A stretch of DNA of 64,000 bases from Azolla caroliniana (Eukaryota; Plantae; Polypodiophyta), in assembly GCA_043228905.1 (NCBI GenBank), contig JBHGNT010000022.1, positions 3,534,001 to 3,598,000 of the forward strand, read 5' to 3'. A program made the position numbers and the translations under genes. The notes beneath the pieces are model-generated. The model saw nothing but the letters and a program-made list of their open reading frames with translations, was not told where the DNA came from and ran no database searches. This document shows, piece by piece, positions 35,131 to 46,800 of the stretch; the stretch's first letter is position 1; each line of letters begins with the position of its first letter.

Positions 35131-37520
35131 CCATAAGACCCATTCTTATCTATGGATGGATCATCGAGAGTTCACTTTTCTCCTCCCTTCTCACACTTGC
35201 ATGAAGGAACTCCAGTTTCCATCTTCAGTTCAATTTCATGCATCCACGTGACCTTTACTTTACATAAAGTTTGACTTTAGTTGCATGCGTTCACATAACC
35301 TTTACTTTAGTTTACTTTAGTTCGCCGCATGATCCATCTGGTTGCATCTAGCCCGATCCGTCCCGTCCGGTTCCGGTTCCATTCGGCCCGGTCCCGTTCG
35401 GCCCGGTTGAATCCTGCCTGATTCAGTCGCAGTTTGGTTCCGTCCGGTTCCGGTTCCGTCACCGTCTGCCCGTCCGGTCCGGTGTCGTGGTGTGGCGTGT
35501 TTAGTGTGAGAAAGAGCGAGGTTCCACACCCATCTCATAAAGTCATCTATAAATGAAAAAAAAGTACAATAGATAATTTATAGTAGCCTAGTGGTTACGG
35601 CTAATAAGTATATATAGAGAGGTATAGAGTTCAAGTCTCTCTTGGTGACATATAAGAGGGGAGGAATAGGGCTTATTATGAGGTCGCCCATTTTGCCTTA
35701 GGGGTGTACCACTAGGTTTTCATCTTCTTCTCCTCTTCTTCTTGGATTAGGGTTTTGTAGCCTCCCTTTGTCCTTCTTCTTTTCCTTCTAGACTTGGGGT
35801 TCCAAAGCTTCTTCTACCTCCTCATCATATTAGAAAACTTGGAATTTTAGGGTTTATTAGTTTATTATTCTACTTCTTACTCAAGATATTTTAGGGCTTG
35901 GATTCCTTCAACAATGGCTTCTTCGACATCTCGGTGGTAGTCAACTTAGTAGCTGGTGGCGTAAGGGAGGTTGTAGTGGCATGAGAGCTACTTCGAATCG
36001 AGGCAACATAGCGATCAGAAATAGTGAGACTCGGAGCCCACTAGACTCGCCTTCGCTGGTTTATTTTAGCCCCTTTGGTTGACTTATAAACGATTATTTT
36101 AATAACCACCGAAATCGTGGTGTCAAGCCTAACAATTATATAAAAAAAAACCCTAATTTATATCAAAACTTATGTATATTTCATCCATGTCTTTGTCATA
36201 ATCTCCCACTTCCTCACCTCTTGTGTCTCCCCGGTTCAGTTCGAGTGACACACGCACACAAAAGTTTGCGACACCAGTTCCGGTTTTGTCGCCGTCTGGT
36301 TTCGTCATCCGGTCCATCCAAAACCATTAGGAGTAATTAAGCCACATCCATCCATTCGGACAATGTAACCAAAGTCCAACCTTGAACATTCTATGCTTCA
36401 CACATAAACATAATGTAATAGGTTATGGCTCTCCTTATATACTCTGGGATCCGATGTTGCCCTATCTATGTGGGATATCTCACAATTTTGTTTTCCTGTT
36501 CTTCTCAAACTTCATATACACATAACTTGATACTTGTTTATCCGTTTCATGTGTAGTAAAATGCGTTATGAATCTCTTGAAGACATCTATCTTTCCATAT
36601 CAAACCATTAAGCTAATCTTAAATCATTATTTTACTAGTTTTCATATCGTGTGTGAAAAACCACACGACACTAGGGAACGTGGGCCATGTTTGAGAAGCT
36701 AAAGGAGAAGTACTAAAGGCTAGTCGGATGTATCGTGACACGCATCACTTCGTGACAACATGTGAAAGCTTTCAAAATTCCAGTATCCAGCACCACCACG
36801 AGTTGCACCCGACCTACCCGCCAACCATGCACTTCAAGTGGATGGTCGATTTAGTAATGATGCCGATGGGGGTAGGATAGATGCGGTACCAAGTGCTTGC
36901 AAGAGAAGACCTAAAGAACTAGCTGGAGGGCCAAGCATTGACCAACAAGACGATTGCATCCATTAGTTGAAGATGTGATTTGCTGGTATGGGTGTGTTGG
37001 GAAGATTGTGGCTAATGCGCAAGAAGCCGAGGAGTTATTTGACCTACTAGGGGTCAAGCTTTCCCTCACAATGGCTTACAATCCGGAGGCAAACGAAAAG
37101 GTCGACATGGGAACGGTTCGATTGTGAAAGCGCTAGTACGAGCATGCGATGGACAGGTCGGGAACTGGTCGTGGTTCCTACCTTACGCGCTATGGGCTGA
37201 CCGAACTACTCACAGTTTGGTAACTAGGTACATGTTGGCGGAACTTATGTTCGGGCAAAAGCTGGTTATACCAGTGGAGTGTGTGTGGAAATAGTGCTCG
37301 GTCACAACCGAGTCTTAATCACTCAACGGAAGAAAACAGAAAATAGGAATAAGACGACAAAAGATCTTAATGTGGAAAACCCTAATTGGGAAAAACCACG
37401 GGAGCCCATAGGCTCCAACTATCACTATGAGAGGAAGGGTACAATGAGAGACTCAGAGGCAACGACCTCGAGTTGTATATCTTTGCTAACCGACAGTTAC
37501 AATAGAGAATACTTTATGTT

Positions 37521-37553
<33 letters not shown>

Positions 37554-38919
37554 ATACAGCAACAATGATAACAACATACATACACAAACAATATTGCCTG
37601 AGTTATATTTATAGTTATATAACTTTGGGGCTATTTACAAATATGACCTCAATGGTCACGTCTAAAGATGTTTACTAGTATGTTCCTATTAGCTGGTTCA
37701 TACTGGGTCTGGCTAGACTCCTTCTGATTCCATCCAATCTAGTATCCGGATACCTTCCAGACCCATCCGATCTGGTTCCTTGCTTCGGCTCGTCCGATTT
37801 GGTTCATCCGGATCCAATCCGGAGGGACCTATTTCCCAAGAAACTCCCCCTTCATTCCGACATGGAATGTCTTGTCAATCCGATCCGTTTTCGACACACG
37901 TCCAACTTCTCTACTGACAACACCTTGGTTAGTATGTCTGACCCGTTCTCCTCTGTGTGGATCTTTGTCAGCGGAAACTCTTTATCTTCTACTTTCTCCC
38001 GGAGCCAATGGTATCTCCTCTCGATGTGCTTGGTTCGGGAATTGTAGGCCGCATTCGTTGCAAGGTGGATGGCACTTTGACTGTTGCAATAGAGCCGGAA
38101 TTCCTCCTGTCGGATCCCTAGCTCTCCAATGAAGTCCTTCAGTTAGATTACTTCTTTGCCGACTTCCATGGCTGCCATGTTCTACGCTTCCGTTGTTGAC
38201 AATGCAATGGGCTTTTGCAACTTAGACTGCCATGATACGGCTCCCCCTGCATATGCCATGACATATGCGGATGTAGACCGGCTGGTATCCACATTAGCTG
38301 ACATGTCCAAATTGATGAAGCCTTCCAAAAGGGGTTTACTGGAGCCGAATCGGAGGCACCTTTGTCACATACTTCTCTTGTGACAACCACAATAGCTTCT
38401 TTGTCTGGTCTCGGATTATGTGCATCCCTAGGATCTGTCTTGCCGGACCAAGATCTTTCATTAAGAAGGTACGGTTCAAGGCCTTCTTTAGATTTCTGAT
38501 TTTGGTTTTGTCTGGTCCAACAATCAGCATGCCCTACACATACAATAAGAGTATTAAGAAGTCACCTCTATTGAAATTCTTCACGAGCATGCAGAGGTCG
38601 GCTTGCGTCTTATGGTATCCTTGATCAGTAATGAAGGACTCGAACTTCCAGTACCATTGCCGAGGAGCTTGTTTCAGTCCGTATAAGCTCTTCTTCAATC
38701 GGAACACAAGGTGTTCCTTCCCTTTCTTGACGAATCCTCCTCCTCGAGGTCGCCATGTAGGAATGTCGTCTTGACGTCTAGTTGCTCTAGCTTGAGGTGC
38801 ATGCTGGACGCTATGCTCAACACCATCCGGATGGATGTGATCTTCACCTAGGCAAAGATCTTGTCGAAATCCACTCCTTTCTTCTGGTGGAACCCCTTTA
38901 CCATGATCCGGGGTTTGTA

Positions 38920-39720
38920 TCCCATTGTTCCAATCTCACCTCTTATTGAAACGGCTATAGACCCTCTTTACGATGGCCCAGTCGATTGTGAGCCCTTCAT
39001 CCATCTCCAATAGGAGGCCCACCTTCTCTTGGTCCAGCGCGCCGACAGACTTAATAAACAACAGGACCTTGCTTGTATCAAGCACACTTCGATCTAATGA
39101 CGAGAGTCGGGCAAATCATCTTTTGATCTCTTAGAGGACCACAGATGTATTCCCCCCATTTATAGGGCTCTCAACCCACTCCATGAACTCCCATTTTGAT
39201 AGCCGGTGTGAGTCTTCGAAAGCGTACCTTTCGAGGATCTGCTCGTGGAATTCTGCCCAGTTCTGGTAGTCAGCCTGAACCTCGAGCACGTCTGCATGGA
39301 TGCTTGGTATCACTACTCGCGGGAATCTGGATAACCGCCTATCTTCTGGGATGACCCTCATTATCATTTCGGGCCGGTAGGCCCCCAGGTAGCTTGTCGC
39401 GTCCTTACCATTGAACCGGCCTATTGTGTGCCTCTATGGTCGTGCCCTCTCAAGCATTCACTAGGTGGTCAATGGCCACCGCCATCGCTTTAGCGAGTTC
39501 ACTTGCTCTCATCTTGGACTCCTCTACCGCCCTCTTTCACGTCGGGTTCACCAAATATGTCGCGGTCTTCCACAGGTATATGTTGAAACGAGTTGGGACC
39601 CCTGAGGTCACGGACCAAGGAGCAGGTGATAGAGGGAAGGTTATCTGCATCGGTTCCTGGACACGTATCCGGTCCGGATCGATTCCCGGATGCCGGATGG
39701 TGAGCGCTTGGGCTTAGAGA
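38920..39720 (-). mobile_element. tRNA-Trp-primed gypsy fragment: LTR end, PBS and gag
   Basis: LTR end ...CCGCGACA, TATT, PBS TGGTGAACCCGACGTGAA (39553-39536); gag closely matches 30745-31350. Confidence 0.8.
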
Positions 39721-41604
39721 CAACACAAGATGTTAACGTGGAAATACCTAATCGGGAGAAACCACAGGAGCCCACAGGCTCCAACTATCACTATGAGAGG
39801 AAGGGTACAATGAGAGACTCCAACAAGGCTTACTGATTCGTCCTACGGAACGGTAAGATATGGAAGCACCTGAGGAGATAGACTAACACACCACTCCAGG
39901 TGGTGATGACGAAAGAAGACCAGATGGTGCTCCTATTAGAGATTCACGAAAGCCGTTGGTCCGGACACTGAGGAACGTGGGCTACATTCTTCGCGAGGTC
40001 GATGGCACTTTGACTGTTGCAGTAAAAACGGAATTCCTCCTGTCGGATCCCTAGCTCTCCAATGAAGTCCTTCATCTAGATTACTTCTTTGCCGACTTCC
40101 ACGGCTGCCATGTAGTACGCTTTTGTTGTTGATAGCGCAACGGACTTCTGCCACCTCGACTGCCACGATACTACTCCCCCTGGAAATGCCATGACATATC
40201 CGGATGTAGACTGGCTGGTATCTACATCAGCGAACATGTCCGAATTGGTGAAGCCTTCTGAAAGGGGTTTACTGGAGCTGAATCGGAGACACATACTCGA
40301 GGAGCCTTTCAAGTACCAGATTATCCACTTGACCTCAGTCCAGTGTTCTCTACCCGGATTGCTCATGAACCGGCTGACCACTCTGATAGCATATCCGATA
40401 TCTGGCCGGGTACACACCATTGCATACATCAAGCTTCCGACACAAGAGGCGTATGGTATCTTCATCATCTCTAACTTCTCTGCCTTTCTTTTCGGGCTCT
40501 GCTTCCCGAACAACTTGGAGTTTGACGAAAGTGTTGACCCAACAAGCTTTGCATATGTCATGTTGAACCTCTGACGCACTTTTGTCACGTACTTCTCTTG
40601 TCACAACCACAATAGCTTCTTCGTCTTGTCCCGGATTATGTGCATCCCTAGTATCTGTCTCACCAGACCCAGATCTTTCATTGAGAAGGTAGGGTTCAAG
40701 GCCTTCTGAAGATTTCCGATTTTGGTTCGATCTGGTCCAACGATCAACATGTCGTCCACATACAACAGGAGTATTAGGAAGTCGGCTTTGTCGAAATTCT
40801 TCACGAACACGAAGTGGTCGGCCTGCATCTTGTGGTATCCTTGGTTGGTCATGAAGGACTCGAACTTTCGGTACCATTGCCGAGGAGTTTGGTTCAATCC
40901 GTATAAGCTCTTCTTCAATCGGCACACTAGGTGTTCCTTCCCTTTCTTGACGAATCCTTCCGGTTGCTGCATGTAGACCTCCTCCTCAAGGTCGCCATGT
41001 AGAAATGCTTTCTTGACGTCTAGGTGCTCTACCTTGAGGTCCATGCTTGACGCTATGCTCAACACCGTCTGGATGGATGTCATCCTCACCACCTAGGCAA
41101 AGATCTCGTCAAAATCCACTTTTTTCTTCTGCTGGAACCCCTTCACTACGATATGGGTTTTGTATCTCTATGGATTTCCAACATCCCCTGGTTTCAGCTT
41201 GTACACCCAGTTGTTCTGGAGCGCTCTCTTTCCTTTCGGCAGCTACGTCAATTTATATGTGTGAATCTCATGCAGGAAATCCATCTCGTCCTACATGGCA
41301 CTTAGCCAGTTGCGGCTATGGGCTTCTTTCTTTGCTTCTTTGAAGCTTTCCGGCTCCCCCTCATCGGTCAATAGCACATGCTCTACATTGAGAAATCTCC
41401 AGGGGGCTCTTCTCTCCTTGAGAGGATATCTTCTTCCTTGGTTTTTGGCCACCTGTTCCTCCGTTTGCTCTTCATTCGAATCCGATTCGGGGTCTTGTCC
41501 GGTTCCGGTGTTCGATTCTTCTTCTTCGATCGGTTCGGTTTCTTGTTCGAATCCGGACGGATCTTCGAGTGTCATCCGGCTTCCGACCGGATGGGTCCTT
41601 GTAT

Positions 41605-42040
41605 TGTTAATCCTAGGGCCGGACAACAGCCTAACATAGGGTGTCCACTTAAGGCACTTCACCAAAGGGTGTTACGGCAAGATGACTTACGACACAACAC
41701 TTAATTAGACCTTAATTGGTTACTTAGCAATCCGTCATTAACACGCGTAAGATATACAATAAGCACAGAACGGTAATCAATACTGAAGGATTAAGGCAAT
41801 AAGTTCTATTAATTATTCGCAGTCAATTACATTGTAACCGGGCCTTTATATAGGTCTCCGGTGTGAAGTACAAAACGGTGCCAACCGGCACCTATTTGGA
41901 ATCGGTTCGGATCTGGATCGGCATACCAATTCCGGTCTGTCCATTCATATTAATAAAATAATTACAACAGTTCCTGAATAAACTATTCCTTTCACACTCT
42001 GGTCTGGACATCCTTAAGCCTTCTTGCCGGCCGGGTAACA
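41605..42040 (-). mobile_element. Solo LTR (436 bp) inserted in copia A
   Basis: TG...CA termini, TSD TGTAT at 41600-41604 and 42041-42045, TATA box CCTATATAAA on the minus strand. Confidence 0.92.
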
Positions 42041-43895
42041 TGTATCTTCCAACCAATCTCTGTCGGTCGACCCGGAGTCTGCTATCCTGTTCTCCGACTC
42101 CAAGTTGGCAATAGTCTTGTCTTCCATGAAGACTATGTCTCGACTCCGGAAAACCTTCTTGTCAACCAAGTCCCAGACCCGGTAGCCGAACTCATCATCA
42201 CCATATCCAAGTAATATGCATGGCCGGACTTCGGATCAAGCTTTCCTCTCTTGTCCTTTGCAACATGCATGTAGGCGAGGGAATTGAACACACCTTTAGA
42301 TGCCGGTAAGACATGTCTTTATCGGTCCATACTCTCTATGGTGTGTCTCCGTCGAAGGGTGCTGAGGTTGATCTGTTTATCACGTACGCTGTTGTCATCA
42401 GCACCTGAGCCCAAAACGTCTTGGACAACTTAGCATCTGTAAGCATACTCCAGCTCGACTAACAGTACTCGTCGAACTACCTTCGGTATTCACCTATGTT
42501 GTCTGCGCGAACCGCCTTCAACTTCTGGCCGGTCTCCCTTTCCACTCTTTCATGGAATTCCTTGAAGACGGACAACACCTGATCCTTCGTCTTCAATGGT
42601 GAGACCCACAGCTTCCGGTTGTGGTTGTCTATGAACGTCACGAAGTATTGTGATCCGGCATGTGACTTCATGTACACTTGGCATACATCGGTATGCACAA
42701 GTTCTAGTGGGGATTCCGTCTCATCGGTGGACTTGACCAGAAAGATGTTTGGTTCTGCTTGCCGGCCAAATAGTCGGTGCACTTCTCAAGCTACATGTCT
42801 TTCACCTTCGGATTGAGGTTATCTTTAGCAAGTCTCTGCATTTCCTTCTGGCTCATGTGGCACAACCTCTTGTGCCACATCTTACCGGCATTGTTGGATG
42901 CCACATTCACTTCTTCCAGACATATCCGGGCATGCATCAGGTACAATGTGTTGATCTTCTGGGCTTGGGCCACAATCAAGCTTCCTTTGCAAAACTTCAC
43001 TACTCCATTCCGGATGCTGCCCGTGTAGCCTTCATCATCTAGCTGACCAGCTAATATCAGGTTCAAACCAACCTCCGAAATGTGTCGTACATCTTTTAGT
43101 AGCAACTTGCACCCGTTGACATCGTCAACCACACGTCTCCTATGTCGACAATTCGGCGTGCACCTTCATTTCCCATTCAGATAGAACCGTGATCTCCGAC
43201 TCTGTAAGATTAGAAGCACTTCCGGTTGGGGGTCACATGGAACGATGTTCCGGAGTCGACTACCCATGTCATCTCATCGCTGACAAGATGCAACTCATTT
43301 TCCTCGGTAATGAGCAACAATTCTTCTTCACTTGTTGCAATTGCCGTCGTTACTTTTCGACTGGAACTCCTCCAGTCCGGACCCTTCTTCAAGTCGGCAT
43401 TGTCGGCAATTCTTCTGGAAGTGCTCCAACTTTCCACAATAAAAGCAAGTGGGCTTCCCCTTTGACTTCGGCCTCGTCCCCGATTTCTCCCAGTTCTGGG
43501 GACTCCGATTCCGGCCTCTTCCCTGGTTATGGTCATCATCCATAACGAAGGCCTTTAAATTGGTTCCAGACTCCCGGTCCTTCGGGCAAGCTTCTTCATC
43601 CAACAAGCTTGATTTCACCCTTGCTAGGGATAAATGTTTTCCTTCTGGCCCGGTGTTGCCCAAAGTGACAACTAACGTTTCCCAACTATTCGGGAGGGAT
43701 CCGAGCAGTAGCAATGCGAGTACCTCATCGGCTAGAGGTACTTCCAAAGAGGTTGTTTGGTTTATCGGCCCCTGGAATGCATTCATGTGCTTTGCAATGC
43801 TGCATCCATTTTGGTACCGGAGTCTCACTAACTTCCAGAATACCGAAACCCGATTTACGATGTTCTTGCTCTCCAGCATGGTGCCGATTACTTTC

Positions 43896-46800
43896 TGTAA
43901 AGAATATGCGGAATAGTGCTCAGCCACAAGCGAGTCTTCAATCACTTTGTTAAGAATTACAAACACAGAAATGGGAATGTGGAGATAGATACACGTATAC
44001 ACAAAACACTGTAAACAAGAGAGTACACAAGATGTTAACGTGGAAAACCTTGAGAGGGAAAAACCATGGGAGCCCACAGACTTTAAACTATCACTATATC
44101 AAAAGGAATACAACAAGGGGGGCATAGAGGCAACGACCTCGTGCTCACTCTCTTCACCTGGCGGCGGATACCACAGAGAATCACTCTATGTCTATCTCTC
44201 TCTCTCTGTTACGCTCCATACAACAGTTACACAAGAATAACTCTATATCAACATTGGCCTCAATGCACCATCATCACCAAAGGTGTTTGCCCTAGGTCAT
44301 ATTTATACTAATATGACATTATGACTATTTACAAATATAGCCCCAATGGACTCTCAGAAACATATTTACATATATGTCACTTCATGTGAGGAGAGGTTTT
44401 CACTGGGCCTGCATCATCCGGTTCTCACCGGGTCTTCCTTGTCGGGTACACATCATCCCATCCGGAGGAACCGAAATCCTAACAAACTCCCCCTTCACTC
44501 TGGCATGGGATGTCTGGTTAGTCCAATTCGCTTCCAGCATGCGTCCAGCTTGTCAGGTTTCAGCACTTTGGTAAGCATATCTGACCCGTTCTCCTTCGTG
44601 TGGATTTTCATTAGCACAAACTCCCGATCTTCTACTCGCTCTTAGATCCAGTGGTACCTACGCTGGATGTGCTTTGTCCTGGAATGATCGGCCACGTTCT
44701 TTGTAACGTGGATGGCACTCTGACTATTGCAGTAGAGCTGGTATTCCTCTTGTCGGATCCCTAGCTCTTCGATGAAGACCTTCATCCATAATATTTCTTT
44801 TCCAGCTTCCACAACTTCCATGTACTCCACTTCCGTGGTTGACAATGCAACCATCTTCTGTTGCCTCGACTGCCACGAAACGGCCCCCCCTGCATATGTC
44901 ATGACATGTCCGGATGTTGACCGAATGGTATCCGCATCAGCCGACATGTCTGAATCGGTGAAACTGTCAAGTTGGGGTTTACCGGAGCCGAATCGGAGGC
45001 ACATACTGGAGGTGCCTTTCAAGTACTGGAGTATCCATTTTACCGCATTCTAGTGCTCCTTGCCGGGCTTGCTCATAAACTGGCTCACCACTCCGACTGC
45101 GTATCCGATATCTGGTCGGGTAAACACCATTGCATACATTAAGCTCCCAATAGCAAAGGCATATGGTATCTTCATCATATCTGCCTTCTCTTCCTTCGTA
45201 TTCGGGCTTTGCTTATCGGATAACCTGCAGTTTGCCGAGAGTGTCGATCTGACTGATTTCACATCTAACATGTTGAACCGCCGAAACACCTTTGTCACGT
45301 ACTTCTCCTGTGACAGCCACAATTGCCTCTTTGACCGGTCCCGGATGATATGCATCCCCCGTATTTGTCTTGCCGGACCCAAGTCTTTCATTGAGAAGGT
45401 CCGGTTAAGGGCCTTCTTCAGCATCCGAATCTTTGCTTGGTCCTATCCGACGATCAACATGTCGTCCACATATAGGAGCAATATCAGGAAGTCTCCTCCA
45501 TCAAATTTCTTTAGAAATACGCAGTGATCAGCCTGCGTCTTGTGGTACCCTTGATTGGTCATGAAGGAGTCAAACTTACGGTACCATTGCCGAGGAGCTT
45601 GCTTTAGTCCATATAAGCTCTTCTTCAGCCGGCACACTAGGTGCTCTTCCCTTTCTTCACAAATCCTTCTGGTTGTTGCATGTAGATCTCTTCTTCGAGG
45701 TCGCCGTGAAGGAACGCCGTCTTCACGTCTAGTTGCTCTACCTCGAGGTCCATGCTTGCCGCTATACTCAGCAACGTCCGGATGGAAGTCATCTTCACTA
45801 CTGGGGCAAATATCTTGTCGAAGTCCACTCCCTTCTTCTACTAGAACCCCTTCACCACGATCCTGGCTTTGTACCTTGGGGGGTTGCCAGCATCTCCCGG
45901 TTTCAACTTGTACACCCACTTATTCCGGAGTGCGCGCTTTTCTTTCGGCAACTCCACCAGTTCATACACATGGTTCTCATGCAGGGATTCCATCTCGTCC
46001 TACATGGAACTCAACCACTTGCGGCTTTGGGTATCCTCCTTTGCTTCTTTGAAGCTTTCCGGCTTGCCCTCATAGGTTAGCAACATGCACTCTTCATCCA
46101 GAAATCTCCGAGGGGCCCTTCTCTCTTTGAGAGGATATCTGCATCCTTGGCTTTTGGCAACCGGCTCATTTGTTTGTTCTTCATCCGAATCCGATTCGGG
46201 GTCTTGGCCGGTTCCGATTTCTGCTTCTTCTTCTTCTTCGGTCGGTTCGGTTTCCTCTTCGTAACCGGCCAGTTCTTCGAGTGTGAACCAACTCTTAGCC
46301 GGGTAGGTTCGTACCTCATCGAACCGATCCTTACCGGTTGACTCGGAGTTCATTATCTTCTTCTCCGACTCCCAGTTGGCAAGGGTCTTGTCCTCCATGA
46401 AGATAATATCTCGACTCTAGAAAACCTTCTTGTCGATCGGATCCCACACTCGGTAGCCAGACTCATCATTGCCGTATCCGAGGAATATGTAAGGCCACGA
46501 CTTTGGATCCAACTTTGCTCTCCGTTCCTTTGCAACATCCATGTAAGCGAGACCCCCGAACACTTTTAGATGTCGGTAAGACACTTACCGGTCCTCACTC
46601 TCTGCGACATGTCTCCGTCCAAGGGTCCTGAGGGTAATCTGTTTATCACATATGTCGTTGTTGACAGTGCCTCCGCCCAAAACGTCTTGGGTAACTTTGC
46701 ATGTGCTAGCATACTCCAGACCCTCTCCATTATGGTCCGGTTCATCCTCTGAGCCAACCCATTGAGTTCCGGCATCTTCGGCATGGTAAACTCGAGCCGG

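Larger units (their letters stand above)
33927..36670. mobile_element. Large solo-LTR-like insertion (~2.3 kb excluding the nested LTR)
   Basis: Ends TGTCACGA...CACGACA and interrupts the integrase at GH-R|GTW. The empty site is visible at 39962-39980. Candidate 4-bp TSD CCGG/CTAG (CpG decay). Confidence 0.65.

Noticed and set aside
35317-35538. 73-aa G/T/R-rich ORF
   Set aside because: Translation of a low-complexity CCGG-rich tract inside a putative LTR.
36647-36674. Helitron 3' end (hairpin TCGTGTG...CACACGA followed by CTAG)
   Set aside because: CTAG is not followed by T and aligns with host integrase sequence (empty site at 39962-39980). The hairpin is better explained as an LTR end (...CACGACA).
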